Of a stretch of DNA of 64,000 nucleotides, positions 13,231-26,146 are shown one piece after another (position 1 is the first letter of the stretch; each line of letters begins with the position of its first letter). This stretch comes from Octopus bimaculoides (lineage: Eukaryota). Both the position numbers and the translations under genes were made by a program. The notes under the pieces were generated by a model. That model saw only the letters and a program-made list of their open reading frames with translations, was not told the DNA's origin and ran no database searches. The stretch spans positions 46,062,036 to 46,126,035 of the forward strand of contig NC_068999.1 of the NCBI RefSeq assembly GCF_001194135.2. The letters run 5' to 3'.

Positions 13231-13349
13231 TTGAATATATATACTTGGGGTACCTTGTTTTGAAATTAACCCAAGACTCTGAGATTAATTTACACAATTG
13301 CGGTATGTGAAAGCCTAAAAAAAGGTTTTGTGCTTCATAAACATTACAG
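13231..13349 (+). other. Candidate non-coding 5'-UTR exon of the RNF13-like gene
   Basis: ttttctgttttacag acceptor and CAG|GTAAAT donor around 119 nt of non-repetitive sequence; no transcript evidence available. Confidence 0.4.
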
Positions 13350-13609
13350 GTAAATATTGGTTTATCTTGTTTATTACTGCTTCGTCAGTTGTTTTTTTTT
13401 TAAATATATTTGTAAATGTATGTTAAAATTCAGTTATATGTCCTTCTATAATATGAAGTTGTAACCTTGAGTATGAGCAGGAAACTTTATGGCTTTATTG
13501 CAGAGATTTATATTGCATTATAGATGCAAGCATGGCCATGTCTCTTTTCAGCTTGTTTAACTCTTTATCACCTGTCGTCTTGATAGAATTTCACACTGAA
13601 GTTAACCAG

Positions 13610-13790
13610 GTAGAGCTCTCTTCTGGACAGTAGGCTTCTCTCGCAGGGTGAAAGACATTGTATGATGCTTGTGCGCAAACAGCTGTGCTGCTTAATAGTG
13701 AGACATAAGTGCTGAATGCAGATTTGCAAAGGCTCTAGCTAGCATGCTCCATTGGACATGCAGCATCAGTGTGCATGAAAGTCGAAGTAA
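13610..13790 (+). mobile_element. RTE-clade LINE fragment (decayed), followed by a family C-like tail to ~13900
   Basis: Similar to the 19.3-kb fragment (ctctcgcagggtgaaagacattgtatgatgcttgtg...agtgagacat; LYDAC...ET). Confidence 0.6.
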
Positions 13791-13916
13791 GAACCATGCC
13801 ATAGCTGACATTGGAGCATGGTACCGTCCTCAGACCCATCAAATCTTGTCAAACCATCCAAATTATGCCAGCATAGAAGATGAACATTAAAAGATGATGT
13901 GTAGATTTATATTCTT

Positions 13917-14138
13917 GTAACCCTTTAGCATTTAGATTAATGTGTCAAATACAATACTTATTTATTCACATTTTTTTGAATTAGTCCTGAATTGTCTTGT
14001 AGCATTGAGATTTTGATGATGTGGTTGTGTATTTTCAGGATGACATTGTAGGGTAGGTAAGAGAGAGAGATCTGTTCTGGCCAATTTCAACATAAAACAG
14101 CTAGAATATATGGGCCTGTTCGAATGCTAAATGGTTCA
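13917..14138. mobile_element. piggyBac-type MITE, related subfamily
   Basis: taaCCCTTTAGCATTTAGATT ... GAATGCTAAATGG; interior similar to 60830-61040 and 62998-63100. Confidence 0.65.
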
Positions 14139-14770
14139 ACTTTGATGTTGTGTTTTAGTGATTTCTGTCATCGTAGAAAATGTCATATATTTTTGTAAAG
14201 AGTTTCCCTTAGTTTTCCCCATTCTGTTAGTATGTTTTCTAGATAGGATCTTACTAACATTGAAAGACATCCAATCTAGTTTTATCAATAACAGTCAACT
14301 TACCTTATAAAACACGGATTCATTTGACATAGTTCTTCCTGTGGCACTGCATCTACTGATGGTCTTAAGACGCTAAGGAATGAACAAGTGTATATGTCAT
14401 TGTCCCCAATACAGTCATAGTCGGTAGTTGCTGATGATACAGAGTTCAAGTAGACCCACAATTAAATGCTGCTGCTGTTATAATTGTTGTTACTACTACT
14501 CATTGTAAATTGCATCCAAAAGTTCTCCCAACTGATCTGGAAAAAACAAAAAGACTGACCAATACACAACCTTTGGTTGATGACACATGCTGTCTCTTCT
14601 TCCTTCCTTTCTGAAATAACTCGTATACCTACCTGTCATATCGGTCAAACCCCACCTGGCATAACTTCCTTTACTTCAGATCTCTCATACATTCTCACCA
14701 TTCATTAAGCCTCACAGTAACCACTATAAACCATTATAATCTCTCTTCCCCTTAATACTGGCCCCTTAAT

Positions 14771-15001
14771 AAGGCGGCGAGCTGGCTGAAACGTTAGCGA
14801 ACTGGGCGAAATGCTTAGCGGTATTTTGTCTGCCGTCACGTTCTGAGCTCAAATTCCGCCGAGGTCAACTTTCCCTTTCATCCTTTCGCGGTCGATAAAT
14901 TAAGTACCAGTTACGCACTGGGGTCGATGTAATCGACTTAATCCTTTTGTCTGTCTTTGTTTGTCCCCTCTATGTTTAGCCCCTTGTGGGCAATAAATAA
15001 A
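14771..15001 (+). mobile_element. tRNA-derived SINE, family A, young copy with probable 9-bp target-site duplication
   Basis: GGCGGCGAGCTGGC head, B-box-like GAGCTCAAATTCC, AATAAATAA tail; TAATACTGG at 14753-61 and 15002-10. Other A copies near 2360, 16740, 16926, 39040, 43168 (+) and 61790-61950 (-). Confidence 0.85.
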
Positions 15002-17807
15002 TAATACTGGCTTTCTGAGTTCCTTTCTCACCATATTTTTCTTGCAAATACCTTTACCTTATGAAGACATTCAGAACATCAACTAACTGTGTTGAGCTTA
15101 GCAGTGTTGGAAGGTAGGACCTGCAGTGGCTGTGAACATCATCTCTTTCTTCTGACCTCACTAAGTTTGAAGGACCTGCAAGGATCATAAACATCACTGC
15201 TTGATTTCAGCCATCTGTGAAGGTCACAAACATCACCTCTTTCCTCCTGGCAACGATCATGCTCAAATGGTGCTTTTTACATGCCACCGGCATGGGACCG
15301 GTCAGGGCGGCTATAAAACCAAAAAGGTGTAAATGTGAGATTATCTGATCGTTCGATTTGAAATCTAAGCAGTTCTGTTTACATTTCAAAATCCTAAATG
15401 TACCTACATAATTGTTTATCAGCTATATTATTCTAGATTTGTTATCTCACTAGCCATGCCTCCCTTTCAATTTCAATTATCTATTTTCAATATATTCTAT
15501 TAATAAATGGCTCTCAATGAAGGTAAATGTGATATCTATGTATATTTATATTATCTCAGTATATTGTTGAAAGTGACTGACGCAATATAAACTGTATGTA
15601 ATAGTATATATTCGAATGAGAAATATTGTCAAGTAGTAGCAGTAGTAGTAGTGCTAACATTATCACTTTATTATTTGGTGAATGGACAACTTATCAAAGT
15701 CCTTTTCTTGAACTTGAATAATTATTTTTAGAGAGTCATGAAGGTTGTCAGGTCAAGTTGCAGGTTGTTGAGCAAATTGACATATCTTCAAACCACATTT
15801 ATGCTGATTTTGCTGTGACCCTCAAGAAAGCACATTGTTCTTCTTGCTTTTAGTCTGGGCCAGCTGCCGAAAGGATTTACTTATAATTCCATTGTCAAGT
15901 GATTTGTGAAGCAGCCAGTTTTCTCAAACCCATCCTTCTTTTGCTGTTAACTGAGGGAAATGGATGGGAAACAGTGAAAAATGTTGAGAGTAGAAAAGAA
16001 AAATGCATGTTGGGATTTTATTTTAACTTGAGGTAGTATTAACTTATATAGGATGTAATCATCATCATCATCATCATCANNNNNNNNNNACATTTGTTTT
16101 CCATGCTGTCATGGGTTGGACAGTTTGACAGGAGTTGGCAAGCTGAGGAACTGTCCAGACTCCAGCTGTCTGTTGTGACATGGTTTCTACATTTGGATGC
16201 CCTTCCAAATGCCAACCACTTTACAGAGTGTGCTGGGTGCTTTTTATGTGGCACTGGCACCACTTTAAAAGTTTTACGTATATGTTGTAGGATTAAAAGT
16301 TTTATATATATATATATATATATATNNNNNNNNNNNNNNNNNNNNNNNNNNNNNNNNNNNNNNNNNNNNNNNNNNNNNNNNNNNNNNNNNNNNNNNNNNN
16401 NNNNNNNNNNNNNNNNNNNNNNNNNNNNNNNNNNNNNNNNNNNNNNNNNNNNNNNNNNNNNNNNNNNNNNNNNNNNNNNNNNNNNNNNNNNNNNNNNNNN
16501 NNNNNNNNNNNNNNNNNNNNNNNNNNNNNNNNNNNNNNNNNNNNNNNNNNNNNNNNNNNNNNNNNNNNNNNNNNNNNNNNNNNNNNNNNNNNNNNNNNNN
16601 NNNNNNNNNNNNNNNNNNNNNNNNNNNNNNNNNNNNNNNNNNNNNNNNNNNNNNNNNNNNNNNNNNNNNNNNNNNNNNNNNNNNNNNNNNNNNNNNNNNN
16701 NNNNNNNNNNNNNNNNNNNNNNNNNNNNNNNNNNNNAGCGGTATTTCGTCTGTCTTTACGTTCTGAGTTGAAATTCCGCCAAGGTTGACTTTGCCTTTCA
16801 TCTTTTTGGGATCGATAAATTAAGTACCAGTTGCGTACTGGAGTCGATCTAATTGACTGGCCCTCCCCTCCCCAAAAATTTCGGGCCTCGTGCCTAGAGT
16901 AGAAAAGAATATTGTTTTTTGTCTCAAGATGGTGAGCTGGCAGAATCGTTGCTTTGCCAGACAAGATGCTTAGCATCATATCATCTGTCATTACGTTCCG
17001 AGTTCAAATGCTGCCGGGGTCGACTTTGCCTTTTATGCTTTCAGGGTTGATAAAATAAGTACCAGTTGAGCACTGGGATCGATGTAATTGACTTACCCCC
17101 TCCCCTGACGTTGCTGGCCTTGTGTCAAAATTTNNNNNNNNNNCCCTGACGTTGCTGGCCTTGTGTCAAAATTTGAAACCAATGTTGTTTGTGTCTCACC
17201 TAAACCAGTCTGGCAATACAGTACGTGGCGTTGTAAAATATGGTATCTTGAAAACAAGAAAAGGTTACTGTCAAAAAGGACATCAGACAACAGAATTGTA
17301 GAATAGTACATTGTGAAGTCTTTGTTCAACACATCATGGAAAACTTATATTAGAATTGATATTATTTATAGTGAACCATACCAAAAATACCAGGAACTTC
17401 CAAAGTAATTTGAATTCTGAAATATAATTGACCATCTATTGTTTTTTTTTTTCTATTTTTCTTTTTTATTTTAACAAAGATAGTTTTAAGTATGATCCTT
17501 TGTTAGATAAAATATTGATCTTTTTCATTTCAATTTGGAAGTTGCAAAAGTTTAATTTTATTTATTGATTGTGACGTTCCCATTTTTGACTTGTTGAATA
17601 AATTTATATTCACAAAATCGTTTGATCTTTTTGTGCTTTTAACACTTAGTAACTTCTTACAGAAATTTATATATTTAATTAAACGATGGTTTTNNNNNNN
17701 NNNNNNNNNNNNNNNNNNNNNNNNNNNNNNNNNNNNNNNNNNNNNNNNNNNNATAACAAAACAAAAGATGAGATCTATGAGTTAGCTTGTGCAATATTTC
17801 GTCTGTT

Positions 17808-18010
17808 TCATCATCATCATCATCATCATCATTTAACATCCGCTTTCCATGCTAGCATGAGTTGGACAATTTGACCGAGGACTGGTGAACCAGATGGCTG
17901 CCAGCAGGCTCCAATCTGATCTGGCAGAGTTTCTACAGCTGGATGCCCTTCCTAATGCCAACCACTCCGAGAGTGTAGTGGGTGTTTTTACGTGCCACCG
18001 GCACAAGGGC
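17808..18010 (-). mobile_element. Family C repeat, well conserved minus-strand copy
   Basis: (CAT)n-ttaacatccgctttccatgctagcatg...ctggatgcccttcctaatgccaaccactccgagagtgtagtgggtg; reverse complement of 40500-40680. Confidence 0.85.
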
Positions 18011-18109
18011 CAATCGGGCGGTGTTGGTAAATTTCCATTTAGATCTTTTTAGAGCTGTTTATGTGCGTTCCTTCAGGTTCTAGCTTGGGCTGCTCTTGGG
18101 TAAAAATAG

Positions 18110-18333
18110 TTAACCCTTTAGCATTTAAACCAGTCACATCAGGCAAAAATATTCCACCTGTTTTATGTTCAAATTGGCTGGATCCAGCCTCTTACACCTA
18201 TCCTACAACCTCATTCTAAAAATAATCTCAACATTGAAATCTTGTTGTTAAGAGATAATTCATGATTGATTCAAAACAATGTGAATAAATATGTATTACA
18301 TTTAATAGAGTGATCTGAATGCTAAAGGGTGAA
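18110..18333. mobile_element. piggyBac-type MITE, same family as 8549
   Basis: TTAACCCTTTAGCATT ... AATGCTAAAGGG(TGAA); interior similar to 8553-8737. Confidence 0.75.
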
Positions 18334-18419
18334 AGTAGTTTCGTTCCTTCCAGAATATGAAGAAATTATAAGAGAGTCTATAGATTTTCTTCTTATGGGT
18401 CAAGAGCAACACAAACATA

Positions 18420-18750
18420 AATAGGTGCAGGCATGGCTATGTGGTAAGAAGTTAACTTTCCAACCATGTGGTCATTGGGTTCAGTCCCACTCTGTGGCAC
18501 CTTGGGCAAGTGTTTTCTATAGCACCAGGGCAACCAATTCCTTGTGAGTGGATTTGGTGGACAGAAACTGAGAGAAGTCTATCATATGCGCAGGAGTGGC
18601 TGTGTGGTAAGTAGCTTGCTTACCAACCGCATGGTTCCGGGTTCAGTCCCATTGCGTTGCACCTTGGGCAAGTGTCTTCTAATATAGCCTTGGGCCGACC
18701 AAATCCTTGTGAGTGGATTTGGAAGACGGAAACTGAAAGAAACCTGTCGT
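18420..18750 (+). mobile_element. Two family B SINEs in direct tandem, followed by (TA)n and a gap
   Basis: Head motif at ~18425 and again at ~18587; each copy ends in gaaactga.agaa. Confidence 0.85.
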
Positions 18751-19018
18751 GTATATATATATATATANNNNNNNNNNNNNNNNNNNNNNNNNNNNNNNNN
18801 NNNNNNNNNNNNNNNNNNNNNNNNNNNNNNNNNNNNNNNNNNNNNNNNNNNNNNNNNNNNNNNNNNNNNNNNNNNNNNNNNNNNNNNNNNNNNNNNNNNN
18901 NNNNNNNNNNNNNNNNNNNNNNNNNNNNNNNNNNNNNNNNNNNNNNNNNNNNNNNNNNNNNNNNNNNNNNNNNNNNNNNNNNNNNNNNNNNNNNNNNNNN
19001 NNNNNNNNNNNNNNNNNN

Positions 19019-19066
<48 letters not shown>

Positions 19067-19189
19067 GTGTATGTATACACATATGTCCAGTGTAAGTGAT
19101 GGACACACAAGATATAGTGGAATCATGCACTGGCTAACTGAAAAAGTAAGCTTATGTGTGACCTGCACTAGGCCACTACTTAACCATGA

Positions 19190-19470
19190 GCAGACTAAGA
19201 ATAGATTTTACTAAATGCCTGGATGGCTCACAAAAAGTAGTCAATGGCTTTTGTTACCTTGGAGATGTAATTAGCAGAGGTGGTGGTGCTGAAAGTATAG
19301 TAGTCAGGCTATGAGCAAGCTGGAAAAAGGTTCAGGGAGCTTCTACTGCTGGTGGCAACAAAGGTCCTTTCTCTCAGAGTGAAGACAAATTGTATGATGC
19401 TTGTGTTAGAATGTGAAGCTGCATTGTAGTGAGAGACATGGGTCTTGAATGTTTAGGACCTTGGGAAGGT
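19190..19470 (+). mobile_element. RTE-clade LINE reverse transcriptase C-terminal fragment (decayed)
   Basis: Broken frames give VVNGFCYLGDVISRGGG...W.KFRELL...SLRVK..LYDACV...ETW, an RTE-type post-RT motif. Confidence 0.75.
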
Positions 19471-19739
19471 TTTTACTTCCACACCTGGAATTTGTTCTCT
19501 TATTCAGTAGTATAATGTCATCAGTATAGAGAATTTCTTTCAGGCAAACTTTTACTCTCTCTCTCTCTCTCTCTCTCTCAAACGCACAAACACACACACA
19601 CACACACACAGGTGTGTGTGTGGGTATTTTGTTGATTTTATACATTTATATTTAGAACTATTGTTAAAACTCTCATCACTAACATTTTTGACTTTTGTAT
19701 TTATGTAAATATAATTCTCTCCTCTCACTCTCAATCCAT

Positions 19740-19838
<99 letters not shown>

Positions 19839-19921
19839 GTATATATATATATAGTTAAAAAAAACAAAAAAACGAGGACGTGATACGGATAGTGTTATTG
19901 GACGCTCGGGAAAGGAAGGAG

Positions 19922-19956
<35 letters not shown>

Positions 19957-21377
19957 GTTTTATTATTTTGGTTGAATTATTGCTGAGGAGAGCATAGTTC
20001 AAACAATATATAATCAAGTACATTTCTGTTTCCTTTTCAGTGTAGGAATCGAATTACTTGGAAAGATATTATTTTTAATGTTACAAGTGTTCACGTTTCA
20101 ATTTCACAAACATTACAAATTGAAAATGTATATATATTTGTGAAATACATTTGCTTTGAATTTTCTTCAGAAAGAGGTCTATGTCTGTGATGGTTAGTTG
20201 GGGTGGGGGCGCTAGGAATGTGGCCTGGGTGTCAAAGGGGCAGCAGCCTGAAACAGTTTTGGAACCACTGATCTGGAGTTTTGCAGAATCTCAAGAGTTC
20301 ATTCAAATTAGCTGTAGAAGAGATAGGTCATGAAAGCAACTTAGTGAAGTACTTATAAATTAGGCCTCTTGAATGAACAGAAAGGTTGAAGAAGCACTTA
20401 TGTATATATCACTTGTTCAGTGTACATGTGTCACTTTTACAAAATCTGTGTATGGTACCACTAAATGCAGTACCACCGATGTCTTGGTGTTTAAATTATC
20501 CTCTTGTTCGAGAGTTTTCTTTCTTTTTTTTTTTATATATATATATATATTCAAGGCTCCTCTGTAGTTTGATTTAAAACCACATCATGGAAACTAAGAT
20601 TATTCTAGATCNNNNNNNNNNGGTGGGGTGGGGTGGGGGGGTTGCAAAGTAGTTAGTATTGATCCCTGGTTGGGTGGAGTCTGTGTGGCTCTCCAAGGGC
20701 TCAATAAACACCTGAAACAATTTTGAGCATTCACTTTTAATGGAGGAGAGAAACGGAATGAACCTGAAAGAGCACAATAATTTAATTTCCAACCAAATAT
20801 TAATGAAATAATAACTCGCATTCACCAAAGGCATATTTCACATGAAATATTCCATCCGTATCAAAATATAATCCGACTAAATTTGTATTGTTCTTAATCG
20901 TTGAGTATTTTCATAAAATTTCATTAGAAATTACTGAAAAGCATTATTGACATAAAAGGAAAAACAAAGGAATTATTATTGTCTGATCAAGAAATTTTTT
21001 TTTTACGAATCATACTTTCTGATTTTAGAAATTTACTTCATGGAGGTCATTTAGTTATCAATGGTTCTTGAAGGGGCCAGTGACATAAAGAGTTTGCTGA
21101 CCTCTGCTCCAGAGCCTGCTCTGACCAGTTACCTAACCCTAACCTCTTCAAAGCTCAGATAAGACCCACTCTGACATACCACTCACATCTATGAGATGGT
21201 GCTATACACAGAGAAAAGCATCCTAGACTAGTGATGGGGAATCATTTTAGTCTAGCTGCATGTTATTTATTTATCTTTTACTGATCTTGTCATGTGTTTT
21301 AGTTTTACTTAAAAATTTCTGGATAAGGTTTTTTTTATAATATAATATTGGAGATAGATTTTTTTCCCTCCAAAGTT

Positions 21378-22416
21378 CATCATGTGTTACTTAAAAAAAA
21401 AAAAGACAACCTTCAGTATGTCACAGGTTTGCCATCATTGTTGTTGACCAATTTATGAGGAAGTCCTTTAGTGATTTTCAAGGATTCTTTCATCAGCAGC
21501 CTTCAAACATTAAACTCACATACATGATGTTTCCTCTCTCTTATTCTGTTATTGTTCCTACCATGGCTTCTGCTCTTATCCTTAACATTTATATACCTTT
21601 TGTTGCTTATACTGGGGGGTTCCATCTCCAGGAGCATGTACTGAGCACTTTGTGCAACCCTTTGTCTGGAATCCATTTCTATCCATATTGGATCGACTGA
21701 TGATGACTGTTATTTTCTTCATGGAAGTGGAACAATGGTCTCAGGTGGGTTGATATCAAAAGCGCTTAACATATAATTTGTCATGGTTTGATTTAATGAT
21801 AATGTAGCTAATTGTTTCACGGCTGCTCGGCTAATGGAAGAGACATTTAGCTGCGATTCATTTATTGTAGAAAAAACAGTGAGTTGCAGAAATAATAGTT
21901 TTACTCTAAGTAATTACCCAAACTGACATGTTTTGGAATAAAATTACTTTAGTCTGAAACAATTTTAGTCTATTTCAAAACAAAAGTTACAACAGACACA
22001 ATTATTAAGCAAAATAAGCATAAAATAAATAAATCCATCAACAAACACTAAATGTTGTGAAGATAACTCTAAGACTATCATTATTTGATAGCGTTACAGC
22101 CATCCTTATCTATCCAATATGGATAGAAATGGATTCCAGACAAAGGGTTGCACAAAGTGCCCAGTACATGTTCTTGGAGATGGAACCCCCCCAGTATAAG
22201 CAACAAAAGGTATAAATGGTAAAGATAAGAGCAGAAGCCATGGTAGGAGCAATAAGAGAATGAGAGAGATGAAACATCATGTATGTGAGTTTAATGTTTG
22301 AAGGTTATTGATGAAAGAATCCTTGTAAATGGTTTCCTCTTAAATTGGTCTAAAACAATGATGGCAAACCTGTGACATACTGAAGGGTTTATTTTTTTTT
22401 TAGGTGACACATGATG
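21378..22416. repeat. Long inverted repeat (arms 21378-21693 and 22112-22416, spacer ~420 bp)
   Basis: Arms are reverse complements over ~310 bp, e.g. ctttgtgcaaccctttgtctggaatccatttctatccatattggat versus atccaatatggatagaaatggattccagacaaagggttgcacaaag. Confidence 0.92.
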
Positions 22417-24459
22417 CATTTTATTTGCAGAGAGCAGTATACCGTATGTGTTATGTTTAATATTGATGAATAATTGGAGTGATTACAACTGCAGTGTGAT
22501 TACTGTAGTTAGTAACTGAAGAACCAAAGAATGCTACAGTGTTGTTGGCCACCATTCCCTGGTAGCATCAGTGCATTGCAGCATCATTTGGAGGAGCAAT
22601 ATTATCAGAAAGTACCGGTTTTTAACTCTTACTGTCTTTCTTTCTTAGGGTAAACAGTTGTATACTGAGGGTACTGCTGTACTCCATCCCTGAATTTAGA
22701 GGCCTTTGTCTCATCAGTTGGAGAAGCAGTTCTGTTGGTGTTTTGAGCCCCTTCTACTGCAACACCAGAACTGCACAGGGCCACCCAGATCTGGTCTTAT
22801 GCAATATGCAAACATTGATGTATGGTTGGAGTTGTTGCAACTGTAGTGTGGTTACTTCACTGACGAAAGAGGGACAAAAAGACTGCTTCAGTGCTGTAGC
22901 CTTCTTTTGTCCCCCTGTTTTCAGTTGGTAACAAAACTCTCACAACAGCACAAACTTTGCAACCTCTGGACCAGATGTTTCTATTATCCTCCGCTTATAT
23001 CATACTGCATCATTCATCCTAAATAAATTCTTGCACACAGCTGATGAAGCTTATGTCCCACGGTGAAAACTGTAACTAAAATATATATTCAAGTCAGTCA
23101 GTGGTTCTTTGCAGAATAAGATTTTGTCAACATTGCTCCAATATCTGTTTCAAATAAGAATAAAATTTAAATACAAACATATAAAGACGCAACAACATAC
23201 CAATTATAACTCAAATTGAGAACCCCACTACCACAAAGAAAAAAAAAAAAAACGAAATTTTTAAAATTAGAAATAGCCAAGCCATGATTTCTGAAATATT
23301 TTTTCCTTCCTCTCACCAATTTTGGTTAGAGGTCAGAAATGATTTTACTTGAAAGCGAAAATATGTTTATATGTAAACTGAATTTTATTGAAATACATTA
23401 TGCCATGAACTCAAAGGTTTACAAATAGTTTATAGGAAGAAACTCTATCTCTATTAAATGCTGTTTGTTACTCTCTCCCTCTCTCTCTTTCTCTCTTTCT
23501 CTCCTAACTTATTCAAAAGTACAGAGCCTGTGACCTTTGTATGTCACCTCAGATTAGTGAGGTCAAATGGATGAGTTTCTGCTTGTGCTCCTTGAAGTAC
23601 TTGTAATTTCATTGAGTAAAATATACAAATAATTTAACCCCAGGTCTGCTGTGATTATGAAAATCACAACCCCGCTCTTTTTTTTACTCATACTCTGTAT
23701 AACCTGCACTACACTATCTAATATGTCCCCCCACTTTTTGATCGGTTTAATACTGAAACCTACTTAGGTAGGCTTCTATCAGAGCTGGTTGGACTTCATG
23801 TCTGTTTCTACCTCTTTTTTTTTAGTTGAAGGATTAATAAGGATTTTATTAATTTGTGAAGATTACCTTAATACTTATTGACATTTCATGTTATGTTATC
23901 TCTCAGAACTTCAACTGTCCATGTTGGCTATTTAGTTTTTGCAGTGGTATTTAGTGAAAAATATCTTACAATGAATGGCATGGTGGCTGTGTGGTTAAGC
24001 AGTTTGCTTCACAATCAGGTGGTTCCATGTTCAATCCCACTTGTCTTCTATAGCTTTGCCATAACCAGTGCCTCCTGAGTGAACTTTGGTAGACGAATAA
24101 TATTTTTTTTTGTGCTTGTAAACTAGTCTGTCAAACCCAAACATCTTTGTGTTGTTTGTGTGTTGAGTTACATCTCTTTACACTAAAGGTGGACTTAGTC
24201 ATTAGATAAAGAAAAATTTCTCAAGTAAGTACTAGTATTGACTAAAATCCTTGAATGCAGTGCTCCGGTATAGGCACGCCTGAAAGACTGAAAGCAAGTA
24301 AAATGAAAATAAATTGGAAAAAATAATACAATCTGTCTATGTACTCTGTTTTTATTTCTGTAGAATGTCTGTCTGTTCTCCATTGGCTTTTGGTAAATAG
24401 CCAAACAAAAAAAAAAAAACTGGCATTCCGTCTGTTATGATGATGAGCATTCCAATTGA

Positions 24460-24715
24460 TCCAATTAGCATATAAGTGGCTAAGCACTCCACAGACATGC
24501 ATACCCTTAATACAGTTCCTGGAGATTCAGCATGACACAGGAGTGTGACAAGGCTGGCCCCTATTGAATTACAGGTACAACTCATTTTTGCCAGCTGAGT
24601 GGACTGGAGCGATGTGAAATAAAGTGTCTTGCTCAAGCATACAACATTCTGCCGGGAATAAAATTCATGACCTCACAATCATGAGCCAAATCCCTTAACA
24701 CAACTAAGTGACATG
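24460..24715 (-). mobile_element. Additional SINE-like family E
   Basis: ccagctgagtggactggagc..gtgaaataaagtgtcttgctcaag shared with 30290-30450; the 5' part is shared with 51550-51620. Confidence 0.7.
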
Positions 24716-25242
24716 CCTTCATGGCCAAACATAATTGTTAAAATCAAAGTTGTACTTCAAAGGACAAAAAAAAAAAATCTCTCAAAGACTCCTACCATCT
24801 GCACATTTCTAATTTGCATTTCAAGAACAGCTTTCATCTTACTTGTTTGCCCAGGCCTTTGCACTTATGTATAGGTTAATGACTGGTCAGCCCTGACAAC
24901 TCTTGTCACACTCTCTATATTGGCAATGTCTTTTTCTGCCGACATTAGTTGGATGTGGCTTTTTTTGTTTCGTTTTTGTTTTTCTTTTCTGAAGCCGTGT
25001 TTTACTGTCAGTTGTTATTCCTGTTGTTAACAACTTTAGTCACATTATACAACATGTGATATATAGTGTGTCTATTCTAAAATTGGGATGCATGTGTGTT
25101 TGTGTGTCTGTCTAGCAGCACATGATGCAGACAGGAAAAATAGAACTCAAAATATGAGTATAGCCGTACCTTGGTTTTTGAACACCTGATCACGAATAAA
25201 TTGTGCTTTATATATATATACACACACATATATAATAAATAA

Positions 25243-25298
<56 letters not shown>

Positions 25299-25365
25299 TT
25301 ATTAATATTTCTAAGTCTCTCTAAAGGAGACTACGGCAGCGGTACTGGAAATTAATAGTTATCGC

Positions 25366-25470
25366 CAAGCCAACATGGCAGTCCCAAAATTAGGACGAAA
25401 GCTGCCGTGAGTTAGCTCCAAGAAGCCATCGCCTCTAGCTAGCTATGTGACACTCGAAACCTGTGTCCTT
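25366..25470 (+). mobile_element. Second, diverged copy of the arm of the 7.4-kb fold-back element, cut off by an assembly gap
   Basis: gccaacatggcagtccc..ttaggacgaa..ttagctcca..catcgcctctagctagctat..ctgtgtcctt aligns with 7443-7543. Confidence 0.7.
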
Positions 25471-26113
25471 TATNNNNNNNNNNNNNNNNNNNNNNNNNNN
25501 NNNNNNNNNNNNNNNNNNNNNNNNNNNNNNNNNNNNNNNNNNNNNNNNNNNNNNNNNNNNNNNNNNNNNNNNNNNNNNNNNNNNNNNNNNNNNNNNNNNN
25601 NNNNNNNNNNNNNNNNNNNNNNNNNNNNNNNNNNNNNNNNNNNNNNNNNNNNNNNNNNNNNNNNNNNNNNNNNNNNNNNNNNNNNNNNNNNNNNNNNNNN
25701 NNNNNNNNNNNNNNNNNNNNNNNNNNNNNNNNNNNNNNNNNNNNNNNNNNNNNNNNNNNNNNNNNNNNNNCCGTCAAGTTACATTCCCCCCCCCCGCCTC
25801 TTCAGGTTAATGAAACAGCACCAAACTAAGTCATTGGATTAACATTGTAGCCTAAAGACTTGAAGGTGGCACTGCTAACTTGACAACGGTTGAGTGACTG
25901 AAAAATAGGTATTAGCTGAAACAAAACACTTCTCAGGTGTGTATCATTTGTGTTTATTTGATCTTGAAGACAGCTTACAAATGAAGGGTCTTGTATGTAT
26001 CTGTATGTACACACACATGCACACGCACACAGCAATGCTGACGCTTTTTCTGAACCATATGTGTATTGAGTTCTTACCTGTTCATTAGTATCGCTATGTC
26101 TAAGCAAAAATAA

Positions 26114-26146
<33 letters not shown>

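Noticed and set aside
14771-14870. tRNA gene calls for SINE heads with TTCAAATTCC or GGTTCAGTCCC motifs
   Set aside because: No complete cloverleaf; each continues into a shared SINE body present in many copies.
16094-16991. Long ORFs made mostly of X (also near 18.7, 25.5, 42.7, 43.9, 45.3, 46.9, 54.3 and 58.7 kb)
   Set aside because: They span N-gaps, which contain no stop codons; artefacts.
17103-17175. Direct repeats on both sides of N-gaps (also 46801-46852/47048-47099 and 57160-57213/57311-57367)
   Set aside because: Identical sequence on either side of a gap most likely reflects unmerged overlapping contig ends, not real duplication.
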